Origin: an uncultured Aquificales bacterium
GTDB taxonomy: Bacteria; Thermosulfidibacterota; Thermosulfidibacteria; Thermosulfidibacterales; Thermosulfidibacteraceae
Length of the DNA: 16,538 nucleotides
NCBI GenBank assembly: GCA_964411615.1
Contig: CAYPLO010000012.1
Coordinates: 13,998 to 30,535 of the forward strand
Direction of reading: 5' to 3'
A program made the position numbers and the translations under genes. Below, one piece after another: positions 7,678-16,538 of this stretch. The notes below the pieces were generated by a model. It ran no database searches and was not told the origin of the DNA. It was given only the letters and a program-made list of their open reading frames with translations. Every line of letters begins with the position of its first letter. Within the stretch, counting starts at the first letter, position 1.

Positions 7678-8696
7678 CAGGAAGGATAAAAGAGCTTCTC
7701 CTGTCGGGAAGGTTTCGTGAGCTTGAGGACCACCTGCTAAAACGCTGCCTAAAAAGCTCACGCCACTGCACACACCTGGTCCATCTGTACCTTGAGACCC
7801 AGCAGTACAGTAAGGCCCTTGACCTCGCTGAGAGGCTCTGCTCTCTGAATCCATCACCCTACAGCACCTATTTGTACCTTCTGGCCTCCCACAAAAGCGG
7901 AAGGGAACCCACCGCCGAGAGAAGGCGCCTCTCAAAGATGGTGGGCAGGGATAGCAGGGCTTTGTACCACATGTACTTAGGCATACTCTACCTCCTTGAA
8001 GGAGAGCTTGAGAAGGCCGAAAGGAGGTTCAAGAGCGCCTCATCCTCGGGTCTGACCATGGCCCACTGGGGACTGGCGGAGGTGCTGAGGCAACAGAATA
8101 AGATTGAAGAGGCAAGAGGCCACAGCAGGTTAGCCCTTAAAGAGTCGGGGCAGTTCCCTCCGGTGCTGTTGCAGGCCGGTATACTGTCCGCCTCAACCTT
8201 CAGGGCGGTATTCTATCTCTGGAGGTACCTCAGGCTTGTTCCCATCTCCTCCGAGGGGAACTACGAGCTGGGGATGAGGCTGCTGGAGCTGTCAGGGCTC
8301 CCCTCAGTGGGATGGCTCTTCAGGAGAAAGGCCCTTGAGGCCCTCCAGATAAAGGCCCTCCTTGACCCGCCGAAGCCCGAGAACGGCTGGCTCTACAGGC
8401 TCATGGCCCTTGAATACGCAAGAATGGGACGCATGGACAAAGCCGCCAGATGGATACTCATAGAGCAGCAGGTGCTCTACAACACCCTCTCCAACCTGGA
8501 AAAGGGTGTCAAGAGAGAGAAGCAACTGGAGAACGAAGAGTTTGTGGACATGATACACTCGGTGGTGAAGCTTCTTGTTGAGAGGGACATCATAACGGAA
8601 GAGGAGTTTGAGAGGGCCTACGCGGAAAGGAGAGAGACGAGGCTCCTTGAGAAGATGTACCAGATGTCCTCAGAAGATGAGGACGAGCAGGGATAG
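7668..8696 (+). CDS. Tetratricopeptide-repeat protein of unknown function with a helical, SHOCT-like C-terminus
   Basis: TPR-like helices LYLETQQYSKALDLAERL, YHMYLGILYLLEGELEKAERRFKSA, AHWGLAEVLRQQNKIEEA and LYRLMALEYARMGRMDKAA. Start moved from ORF-track 7521 (which overlaps the nitroreductase head-to-head) to ATG 7668, giving 342 aa. Confidence 0.78.
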   Translation: MFATGRIKELLLSGRFRELEDHLLKRCLKSSRHCTHLVHLYLETQQYSKALDLAERLCSLNPSPYSTYLYLLASHKSGREPTAERRRLSKMVGRDSRALYHMYLGILYLLEGELEKAERRFKSASSSGLTMAHWGLAEVLRQQNKIEEARGHSRLALKESGQFPPVLLQAGILSASTFRAVFYLWRYLRLVPISSEGNYELGMRLLELSGLPSVGWLFRRKALEALQIKALLDPPKPENGWLYRLMALEYARMGRMDKAARWILIEQQVLYNTLSNLEKGVKREKQLENEEFVDMIHSVVKLLVERDIITEEEFERAYAERRETRLLEKMYQMSSEDEDEQG

Positions 8697-9416
8697 CACC
8701 ACCAGGTACACGGAAAAGATGTAGAACCTTCTAATCCTGAGAAGCTTCACAAAGAGCCAGATGGACATAAGCCCCGCAACAAAGGCTGTGACCATCCCCG
8801 CCAGATATCCGGCGTCAAAGACCACAACGGTTCCAGCCTTAACAACCTCAAGTAGCGTAGCCCCCAGTATGGCGGGAACGGAGACTATGAAGACGAAGGG
8901 AGCCGCCTCTTCCCTGTAGACTCCGGCAACCAAAGAACCCAGCATGGTTGAGCCCGAACGGGATATACCGGGCACAACGGCAACCCCCTGACAGAGTCCA
9001 ACGAATAGAGCCCCCAGAGTACCGAGCTCCTCAAGGGGCCTTATCCCCTCCACCCTATCTATGAGAAAGTCCACGGCGGCAGTGAAGAGAAACATGATGG
9101 CCACAAACTTGGGATGGTATAAAAGCACCTCAACCCTGTCCTTAAGAAGCAGCCCCACCACCCCTGTGGGGATGCAGACCAGAACCACAAGGGCAAGAAC
9201 CCTGGGTCTTCTCAGGTAATCCACTATCTCGCGCCTGAAGTACACCAGCACAGCCAGCAGTGTGGCAAAGTGTAGCATCACGTCAAAGAAGAGCCTGTCC
9301 CCTTTAAATCCCAGGTAGTGTTGAAGAACCGCCAGATGGCCTGAGCTGGATACGGGGAGGAACTCGGTAACCCCCTGGACCAACCCCAGAAGGGCCGCCT
9401 TGAGCACCTCACTCAT
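8670..9416 (-). CDS. uppP: Undecaprenyl-diphosphate phosphatase (BacA/UppP)
   Basis: LGLVQGVTEFLPVSSSGHL, FFDVMLHFATLLAV, QGVAVVPGISRSGSTM and multiple TM helices. ATG 9416 follows SD GAGGGG and overlaps the upstream stop. Confidence 0.95.
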   Translation of the reverse strand: MSEVLKAALLGLVQGVTEFLPVSSSGHLAVLQHYLGFKGDRLFFDVMLHFATLLAVLVYFRREIVDYLRRPRVLALVVLVCIPTGVVGLLLKDRVEVLLYHPKFVAIMFLFTAAVDFLIDRVEGIRPLEELGTLGALFVGLCQGVAVVPGISRSGSTMLGSLVAGVYREEAAPFVFIVSVPAILGATLLEVVKAGTVVVFDAGYLAGMVTAFVAGLMSIWLFVKLLRIRRFYIFSVYLVVLSLLVLIF

Positions 9417-9936
9417 AGGCGTAACCCCTCTCAAGGGCCCTCACGTTGAGCTTGGCCATCTCGGGACTCTTGCTCTTCTCCTCTATAACCCTCACCACAG
9501 AGTCTAAGGAGACCACAGGCCTCTTCTTCAAAAAGAAGCCCAACAGCACCACATTGGCCACCCTGTCGCTGCCGAGGGAGATGGCGATATCCGTGGCAGG
9601 AACCCTCTCAAGCTGATAGTCCCCCTCCTCCACATCCACGATTGAAGAGTTTACAATGAGCAGTCCTCCGGGCTTTATCCTGTTACCGTACTTCTCCCAC
9701 ATCCTCTGATGCATGACTATCATGTTGTCCACACGGGCAAGGACGGGAGAGGTCACCTCCTCCTTAGAGACTATCACGGTGACGGTAGCATCCCCTCCCC
9801 TCTTCTCAACCCCGTATATGGGAACCCAGGTGGTGTGGAACCCTTCCCTTATGGCCGCCTCTGCCAGAAACTGGCCTATCAGAAGGGAGCCCTGCCCCCC
9901 TATACCCGCTATGAAGACGTTAAGCTCCTCCAGCAT
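9409..9936 (-). CDS. 2-oxoacid:ferredoxin oxidoreductase gamma subunit (PorC/KorC/Vor type)
   Basis: AGIGGQG, WVPIYGVEKRGG, SPV, IKPGGLLIVNSS, VPATDIA, ANVVLLG, LNVRALERGY. ATG 9936 overlaps the beta-subunit stop (TGATG), so the ORF-track 5' extension to 10041 was dropped. Confidence 0.92.
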   Translation of the reverse strand: MLEELNVFIAGIGGQGSLLIGQFLAEAAIREGFHTTWVPIYGVEKRGGDATVTVIVSKEEVTSPVLARVDNMIVMHQRMWEKYGNRIKPGGLLIVNSSIVDVEEGDYQLERVPATDIAISLGSDRVANVVLLGFFLKKRPVVSLDSVVRVIEEKSKSPEMAKLNVRALERGYAYE

Positions 9937-10676
9937 CACACCCCCCTGTCCCTGAGCACCCCTATGGGGTAGTAGCTCTCCATCTCCTCGTCTATCCACC
10001 TGCACGCCTCCACAGGGTCCATCCTCCACCCCGTGGGACATGCAGAAAGCACCTCCACCATGGCAAAGCCGAGGCCGTTCAGCTGGGCCTCAAAGGCCTT
10101 CCTTATCATCCTCCTGGCGTTCTTCACCGCCTTTGGAGAGTTCACCTTAACCCTGGCCAGAAAGGCGGGGGCATCTAAGGTGTTCAGTAGCTCAACCATC
10201 CTTATGGGATAGCCAGAGTTGCTGGGGTCCCTGCCAAAGGGGCAGGTGGAGGCCTTCTGCCCCAGAACGGTGGTGGGGGCCATCTGTCCACCGGTCATCC
10301 CGTAAACGGCGTTGTTCACATACACCACCGTTATCATCTCTCCCCTGTTTGCCGCATGTATAATCTCGGCGGTTCCTATGGCGGTTATCTCCCCATCACC
10401 CTGATAGCAGAAGACCACCCTGTCCGGCAGACAGCGCTTTATACCTGTTGCCACGGCAGGAGCCCTGCCGTGGGGGGATTCGGAGATGTCACACCTTATG
10501 TAGTCGTACAGGAAGACCGCACACCCCACAGGGGCTATCCCTATGGTCCTCTCCCTTATGCCCAGCTCGTCTATAACCTCAGCCACAAGCCTGTGGATTA
10601 TGCCGTGATGGCATCCCGGACAGAAGTGGTACTGCTTTTCACTCAGGGCCTCAGGCCTCTTAAAGACAACCCTCAT
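9936..10676 (-). CDS. 2-oxoacid:ferredoxin oxidoreductase beta subunit (TPP-binding), most like the ketoisovalerate/2-oxoglutarate type
   Basis: [25 protein letters not shown] motif YQGDGE...[16 protein letters not shown], and [11 protein letters not shown] supplying the fourth Fe-S Cys. SD GGAGGG precedes the ATG. Confidence 0.94.
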   Translation of the reverse strand: MRVVFKRPEALSEKQYHFCPGCHHGIIHRLVAEVIDELGIRERTIGIAPVGCAVFLYDYIRCDISESPHGRAPAVATGIKRCLPDRVVFCYQGDGEITAIGTAEIIHAANRGEMITVVYVNNAVYGMTGGQMAPTTVLGQKASTCPFGRDPSNSGYPIRMVELLNTLDAPAFLARVKVNSPKAVKNARRMIRKAFEAQLNGLGFAMVEVLSACPTGWRMDPVEACRWIDEEMESYYPIGVLRDRGV

Positions 10677-11595
10677 ACTCTCCCTCCAGCACAGCCCGGT
10701 ATATGTCCTTTACCGATACCACCTTCACCCCCTCACTTTCAAGCCGGGGAAGCATCTCCACAAGGGCCCTATACGTTGACACATGGGGATGGCCTATGGC
10801 TATGGCGTAGCCCTTCCTCAGGGCTATGCGACCCAGCTCCTCAAGCTGCCCCTTTATGTAGTTCACGCTCTTGGAGTTGTCCAAAAAGACATCCCTCTTC
10901 AAGGCCACAAGGCCGGAGTCCTTAGCCACCCTGCACACAGCACTGTGAGGGGTGGTGACGCTGTCAACGAAGAACAGAGAGTGGCCGTAGAGGAACCTCA
11001 ACACCACCGCCACCTTCTCCGGATTCTGTGTGAATCTGGAGCCCATGTGGTTGTTGGCAGCAACCGCATAGGGAACCCTGGCAAGCTCCCTCCTGAGAAG
11101 CTCCACAATCTGAGTACTGGACATCCTTTCAAGAAGCATACCCTTCGTCCTTCTCTCCAGTCTCTCTATGGCCTCAGAGGTGTGGTTGGGTTGCATGGGC
11201 ACATGTAGCATAACATCTTTGCCCTTTGAGTGGGCGTAGCGGGCGCTGTAGGTATCAAAGGGTGTGAAGGGAATGATGGAGAGGGCTATGGGGTAGGGAA
11301 TGGAGGCGAACCTCACCACATCGGAGCGTCTGTAGCCTATATCGTCTATGATAATTGCCACACAGGGTCCCTTAATTACCGGAGGTGGGGGGCGAAAGAG
11401 GGGCTTCTCAGAGGGAACCGCTGGAACCTCCTCCTTTGGAGCAGGGGCAGAGACGGGCTTAGATGGAGGCCTCTTCTCAGAAATAAGGAAGAACAAAAGG
11501 GAGGCTAAGGCTGCCCCTGCCAGAAAGGATAAGGCAAGGTAGAAGAGGGAAGGGGTCTTTCCCCTTCCCCGCTTAGTGCGCCTTCTTGAGGCCAT
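10660..11595 (-). CDS. Divergent polysaccharide deacetylase family protein (YibQ-like), membrane-anchored
   Basis: Basic N-terminus, one TM helix, a Pro-rich linker, then [40 protein letters not shown] and AIAIGHPH. It sits directly downstream of ctpA, as is common. Confidence 0.92.
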   Translation of the reverse strand: MASRRRTKRGRGKTPSLFYLALSFLAGAALASLLFFLISEKRPPSKPVSAPAPKEEVPAVPSEKPLFRPPPPVIKGPCVAIIIDDIGYRRSDVVRFASIPYPIALSIIPFTPFDTYSARYAHSKGKDVMLHVPMQPNHTSEAIERLERRTKGMLLERMSSTQIVELLRRELARVPYAVAANNHMGSRFTQNPEKVAVVLRFLYGHSLFFVDSVTTPHSAVCRVAKDSGLVALKRDVFLDNSKSVNYIKGQLEELGRIALRKGYAIAIGHPHVSTYRALVEMLPRLESEGVKVVSVKDIYRAVLEGEYEGCL

Positions 11596-12847
11596 TGGGG
11601 GCGAATCCGAACCTCATCCAGAGCTTCAGGAACTCCTGGGCGAATTTCAGCTGGAAGTCCACCTTCTCCTCTTTAACCTCCGTCTTCTTCAGCCCCTTAC
11701 CCTTCTTCAGCTCCACAAGCTGCTTCTCCCTTATCACAGGATGCCCCTTCTTAACCACTATGTTCTCGGGCACCACAATGTCGGGCTCTATCCCCTTCTC
11801 CTCGATGCATATGTGGTCGGGGGTGTAGTAGTAGGCGGTGGTGAGCTTGAGGGCAGAACCGTCGGAGAGCTGGTATATGGTCTGCACAGAGCCCTTACCG
11901 AAGGTCCTCTCCCCTATGACAACGGCCCTCTTATGGGCCTTGAGGGCCCCTGTGACTATCTCCGAAGCACTGGCAGAGCCAGAGTTCACCAGCACCACCA
12001 TGGGAAGGTAGGGGAAGGTGCCCCTGTCGTGGGAGACGTATCTCAGGTTCTCGGTGCTACCCTTGCCCTTGGTGTAGACTATGAGCTTGCCCCCAGGGAG
12101 GAACTTATCCGCCACAGAGACCGCCTGAACCAGAAGGCCACCGGGGTCGTTCCTCAAATCCAGTATGAGGGCCTTCATCCCCTCCTTGTAGAGGGCGTTG
12201 AAGGCCTTGGTGAGTTCCCTTGTGGTCTTCTCCTGGAACTGCTTTATCTTTATGTAGCCTATGCCCGCCTTCTTATCCAGCATCCTGTAAGTGACGCTCT
12301 TTATCTTGATGATGTCCCTGGTTATGGTGACATCAAAGGGCTTATCAACCCCCTCCCTCACTATGGTTATGGTCACCTTGGTCCCCTTGGGGCCTCTGAG
12401 CCTCTTGACCGCTTCCATGAGGGTCATGCCCCTGGTGGGAACCCCATCTATCTTGATAATCTTATCCCCCGCCTTTATACCCGCCCTCCAGGCAGGGGTA
12501 TCCTCTATGGGGGAGACCACCGTAAGCACACCGTTCTTCATGGTAACTATCATTCCCACCCCGCCGAACTCCCCGGTGGTCTCTATCTCCATCTCCTTAA
12601 GCATATCAGGGTCCATGAAGACGGAGTGGGGGTCCAGTTCAGAGGTCATACCCTTTATGGCGCTGTATATGAGCTTCTTATAGGTCACATCCTTCACGTA
12701 GTACTTCTTGATGTACCTTAAAGCCTCGGTGAAGACCTGAAGCTGCTTGTAGAGAGAATCATCCCCCTTGCCAGCAGCAGGAGCGTAACCGGCAAGGGCA
12801 AAGTGGAAAAGGAAAACCCACACCAGCCAGAGTCTCAACCTTCTCAC
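11573..12847 (-). CDS. ctpA: S41A carboxyl-terminal processing protease
   Basis: Signal peptide, LDPHS, PDZ domain (GEFGGVGM...PAWRAGIKAGD), DLRNDPGGLL, catalytic SASASEI and TFGKGSVQ, GIEPD. GTG 12847 follows a perfect SD AGGAGGT. The alternative start is GTG 12862. Confidence 0.95.
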   Translation of the reverse strand: MRRLRLWLVWVFLFHFALAGYAPAAGKGDDSLYKQLQVFTEALRYIKKYYVKDVTYKKLIYSAIKGMTSELDPHSVFMDPDMLKEMEIETTGEFGGVGMIVTMKNGVLTVVSPIEDTPAWRAGIKAGDKIIKIDGVPTRGMTLMEAVKRLRGPKGTKVTITIVREGVDKPFDVTITRDIIKIKSVTYRMLDKKAGIGYIKIKQFQEKTTRELTKAFNALYKEGMKALILDLRNDPGGLLVQAVSVADKFLPGGKLIVYTKGKGSTENLRYVSHDRGTFPYLPMVVLVNSGSASASEIVTGALKAHKRAVVIGERTFGKGSVQTIYQLSDGSALKLTTAYYYTPDHICIEEKGIEPDIVVPENIVVKKGHPVIREKQLVELKKGKGLKKTEVKEEKVDFQLKFAQEFLKLWMRFGFAPNGLKKAH

Positions 12848-12848
12848 A

Positions 12849-13940
12849 TCAAACCTCCTCACCTTTAAAGGCAGGATAGGAACCGAGATGCTTCACAAAT
12901 ACGCACCTCTTTTCAAGGCACTCAAGGGCCTCCCTCACCCTATCCTCCTCAATATGGCCCCTGAAGTCAACGTAGAAGATGTAATCCCAGGGCTTCTTCT
13001 TGGAGGGCCTGGACTCTATCTTCGTCAGGTTTATCCCCCTATCGGAGAAGCAGGAGAGTATGTTCCTCAGTGCACCCACCTCATCGGAAATACTGAAGAT
13101 GAGGGAGGTCTTATCATCCCCTGTGGGAGGTGGAAGCTCACCCCCCACCACCAAGAACCTCGTGTAGTTATCCCTCTGGTCCTCAATGTTCCTCACAGCC
13201 ACCTTAAGCCCATACAGGGTGGCGGCCATCTCGCTGGCTATGGCGGCAGAGGAGGGGTCCTCAGAGGCCATCTTAGCCGCCTCTGCGGTGCTTGACACGT
13301 AGACCACCTTGGCCTCGGGCATAACAGAGGCGAGCCATTTTCTGCACTGGGCTATGGCATGGGGATGGCTGTATATCCTCTCAACCCCGTGTACATCCCC
13401 ACTGAGGGTGAGAAGATGATGGGAGACCCTCAAATACACCTCCCCCACTATCCTCACCTTTGGAAACTCCATAAAGGCATCTAAGGTCCTGCTCACCACC
13501 CCCTCTGTGGAGTTCTCAAAGGGGACGACACCGTAGTCCACATGCCCCCTCTCCACCACCTCAAATATACCCTCAACGAACTTCACAGGGACGAACTTGG
13601 CAGAGAGTCCAAAGTACTCAACCCCAGCCTGGTGGGTGAAGGTGGCCTCAGGCCCCAGATAGGCCACGGTGGTCTTCCGCTGAAGGGAGACACAGGCGGA
13701 TATTATCTCCCTGAAGATGTACTTCACAGCCTCGTTGGGAAAGGGACCGGGGTTTGAGGAGACGATTCTGCCTATCACCTCCCTCTCCCGCTCCGGCACA
13801 TACACAGGGGCTCCCATTCTGCCCTTAATCTCCCCTATCTTCAAGGCAACTTCGGCCCTCTTGTTGAGCAACTCCAGTATCCTCTGGTCTATGGAGTCAA
13901 TCTCCCTGCGGAGGGCCTCAAGCTCACTTGCCCTTTTCAT
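12849..13940 (-). CDS. pheA: Bifunctional chorismate mutase / prephenate dehydratase (P-protein)
   Basis: AroQ CM domain (LRREIDSIDQRILELLNKR, PERE), PDT domain (AYLGPEATFT, VPFENSTEG, SHPHAIAQC, NYTRF) and ACT domain (INLTKIESRP, LGSYP). Start assigned to ATG 13940. Confidence 0.96.
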   Translation of the reverse strand: MKRASELEALRREIDSIDQRILELLNKRAEVALKIGEIKGRMGAPVYVPEREREVIGRIVSSNPGPFPNEAVKYIFREIISACVSLQRKTTVAYLGPEATFTHQAGVEYFGLSAKFVPVKFVEGIFEVVERGHVDYGVVPFENSTEGVVSRTLDAFMEFPKVRIVGEVYLRVSHHLLTLSGDVHGVERIYSHPHAIAQCRKWLASVMPEAKVVYVSSTAEAAKMASEDPSSAAIASEMAATLYGLKVAVRNIEDQRDNYTRFLVVGGELPPPTGDDKTSLIFSISDEVGALRNILSCFSDRGINLTKIESRPSKKKPWDYIFYVDFRGHIEEDRVREALECLEKRCVFVKHLGSYPAFKGEEV

Positions 13941-14292
13941 TGGAGGTGCCGTTGGCCTTAACGGGCTTACCTGCACTGGCAGGAGGAGCCGCAGGGGCAG
14001 GAACCGTTCTCTTCTCCACCCTCACCTTGGGTATGGCCTGCTCAACGGCCTTAACGTACTTGGGTTTGCCCACCAGTATGGTGAGGGCTATGGAGTTTGC
14101 AAAGAATATGACGGCAAGCACCACCGTCACCTTGGCCAGAAAGGGGGTGGGACCCTTGGGACCGAAGACCGCTGAGGAGGAGCCCACACCGAAGGCCGCC
14201 CCCATCTCAGCCCCCTTACCCCTCTGGAGAATCACCACAACTATCATGAGCAGACAGACTATCACGTGAAGCACTATGAGAGCCGTCTCCAT
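13924..14292 (-). CDS. secG: Preprotein translocase subunit SecG
   Basis: Two TM helices flanking VILQRGKGAEMGAAFG...VFG, with FLAKVT. It lies directly downstream of tpiA and has SD GGAGG. Confidence 0.95.
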   Translation of the reverse strand: METALIVLHVIVCLLMIVVVILQRGKGAEMGAAFGVGSSSAVFGPKGPTPFLAKVTVVLAVIFFANSIALTILVGKPKYVKAVEQAIPKVRVEKRTVPAPAAPPASAGKPVKANGTSNEKGK

Positions 14293-14293
14293 C

Positions 14294-15058
14294 CTAAAGA
14301 CCTCCCGCCCGTTTTACTATCTCCACAAAGCTCTCCACTTTGAGGCTCGCTCCCCCCACCAGAGCACCATCTATATCGGGCTGCTCCATAAGTCCAGATA
14401 TGTTATCGGGCTTAACGCTCCCCCCATAGAGTATCCTTATTCCCTCAGCCATATCACCGTAAAGCTCCCTTAGAAGTCCCCTTATAAAAGCATGCACCTC
14501 TTGAGCCACCTCCGGAGTGGCCACCCTCCCCGTCCCTATGGCCCACACAGGCTCGTAGGCCACCACCAGCTCATGGGGGGCACTCAGGGAAACCCCTTCC
14601 AAGGCCCCCAGAACCTGCCTCTTCACCACCTCAAATACGCGGCCCTCCTCCCTCTCCTTAAGCCTCTCCCCCACACAGACTATGGGCCTTATCCCGGCTT
14701 TCAGCAGGGCCCTCACCTTACGATTAACCGTCTCGTCAGTCTCCCCGAAGTAGGTCCTGCGTTCCGAGTGGCCCACTATACAGTATAGGCAACCCACATC
14801 CTTAAGCATGAGGGGAGAGACCTCACCGGTATAGGCCCCCTCATCCTCCCAGAAGACGTCCTGGGCCGCAAGGGCAAGGGGCGTCCCCTTGGCCAGAAGG
14901 GAGAGGGCAGCGATATACACGAAGGGTGGAGCCACAGCCACATCCACCCTATCGTAAACCTCCTGGCAAAGGGCGGTCATTATGCCCTTAACCAGGTCCA
15001 AGGCCTCGTTCAGCCGTTTGTGCATCTTCCAGTTCCCACAGACAAAGGGCCTCCTCAT
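14294..15058 (-). CDS. tpiA: Triosephosphate isomerase
   Basis: [49 protein letters not shown]. Confidence 0.98.
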   Translation of the reverse strand: MRRPFVCGNWKMHKRLNEALDLVKGIMTALCQEVYDRVDVAVAPPFVYIAALSLLAKGTPLALAAQDVFWEDEGAYTGEVSPLMLKDVGCLYCIVGHSERRTYFGETDETVNRKVRALLKAGIRPIVCVGERLKEREEGRVFEVVKRQVLGALEGVSLSAPHELVVAYEPVWAIGTGRVATPEVAQEVHAFIRGLLRELYGDMAEGIRILYGGSVKPDNISGLMEQPDIDGALVGGASLKVESFVEIVKRAGGL

Positions 15059-16250
15059 GCCACAGCCTCCCTGTCCGTAAGAACCTCTATGCAGGGCAGG
15101 GTCCCCTTCTCCAGAAGCTCCAGAAAGGCCCCTCCCCCGGTGGATATGTGGGATATCTTGTCGGTAACCCCCGCCAGATTCAGAGCCGCCGCCGTATCAC
15201 CACCACCGGCGATGGTGAGGGCATTAAGGGAAGCCACGTACTTAGCTATGCTTACCGTGCCCGTCTTGAACTTCTCAAGCTCAAACAGACCCAAGGGGCC
15301 GTTCCAGACAACGGTCTGGGCATCCGCAAGGGCCTCCTTGAACAGCTCAACGGTGGCAGGTCCTATGTCCAGCCCCATCATATCATCGGGATGCTCCTGG
15401 TAAGGCTTCACCACCGACTTCACCCTCTCCTTAGCCTCAGGGGCGAAGACGAAGTCCACAGGGATGTAGAACCTCACCCCCCTATCCTTGGCGTACTCCA
15501 TAACCTCAAGGGCCGTATCAACAAACTCATTCTCAACCAAGGACCTGCCCGTGGGGTAATCCATGGCCCTGAGGAAGGTGAAGGCCATGGCGCCCCCTAT
15601 GAGCATCTTGTCCACCTTGTTCAGGAGGCTCTTCAGCAGACCTATCTTGGTTGAGACCTTGGCACCGCCTATTATGGCCACAAGGGGACGCTGGGGGTCT
15701 TCAAGGGCCCTTTTAAAGTACTCCATCTCCTCCTGCATGAGAAAGCCCATGGCGGCAACCTTGGCGTACTTGGGAGCTCCGTAGGTTGAGGCGTGTCTCC
15801 TGTGGGCGGTGCCGAAGGCATCATTTACGTAGTAGTCGCAGTGCTCAACGAGCCTTCTGGCAAACTCAGGGTCGTTCTTGGTCTCCTCAGGGTAGAATCT
15901 GAGATTCTCAAGGAGAAGAACGTCCCCCTCCCCCAAGGACTCTATGGCCTCCCTCACCTTCTCACCCACGCAGTCCTCCACAAAGACCACATCCTTCTTC
16001 AAAAGCCTTGAGAGCCTCTTGGCAACGGGGCGCAGACTGAGCTTGGGGTCCCTCCCCTTTGGCCTTCCAAGGTGGGAGGCAAGCACCACCTTTGCCCCGT
16101 GGTCCATGGCGTAGTTTATGGTCTTAAGGGAGGCCCTTATTCTGGAGTCATCAAGTATGTTGCCCTTCTCATCAACGGGCACGTTAAAATCCACCCTTAT
16201 AAAGACCACCTTCCCCTTAAGGTCCAGGTCCCTTATGGAAAGTTTCTCCA

Positions 16251-16251
<1 letters not shown>
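15055..16251 (-). CDS. pgk: Phosphoglycerate kinase
   Basis: [52 protein letters not shown]. The ATG overlaps the gap stop (GGAGGTGATG). Confidence 0.98.

Positions 16252-16538
<287 letters not shown>

Noticed and set aside
11576..12721. 381-aa plus-strand ORF antisense to ctpA
   Set aside because: It is an in-register shadow of a strongly conserved gene, with His/Leu/Gly-rich composition, no motifs and no SD. Codon bias on the coding strand explains the lack of stops.
13900..13945. tRNA-Leu expected after secG, and any riboswitch, CRISPR array or IS element in the window
   Set aside because: secG overlaps pheA directly. The only gaps (58 and 47 nt) are filled by promoter and SD elements. 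No cloverleaf, repeat-spacer array, transposase or terminal inverted repeats were seen.

Overview
A very gene-dense (>99% coding, about 110 non-coding nt) core-genome segment of a bacterium. AGG/AGA Arg and ATA Ile codons, anaerobic cobalamin genes, an OGG2-type glycosylase and 2-oxoacid:ferredoxin oxidoreductase subunits suggest a thermophilic anaerobe (inference). Plus strand, left: the tail of a cobalamin operon (probable cbiT 3' end, a CbiF-CbiG fusion, a CbiH-CbiC fusion), ogg, then a PerR-like Fur regulator overlapping sfsA. Minus strand: a SagB-like nitroreductase coupled to priA, divergent from an uncharacterised TPR protein gene. Right half: one overlapping minus-strand run gap-pgk-tpiA-secG-pheA-ctpA-yibQ-like-OFOR beta-OFOR gamma-uppP. 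I saw no RNA genes, mobile elements, CRISPR arrays or clear terminators, and I cannot demonstrate a new system. The best leads are the beta/gamma oxidoreductase pair without an alpha subunit, the ogg/perR-sfsA/priA neighbourhood, the compact cobalamin fusions, and the possibly leaderless TPR protein with a SHOCT-like tail.
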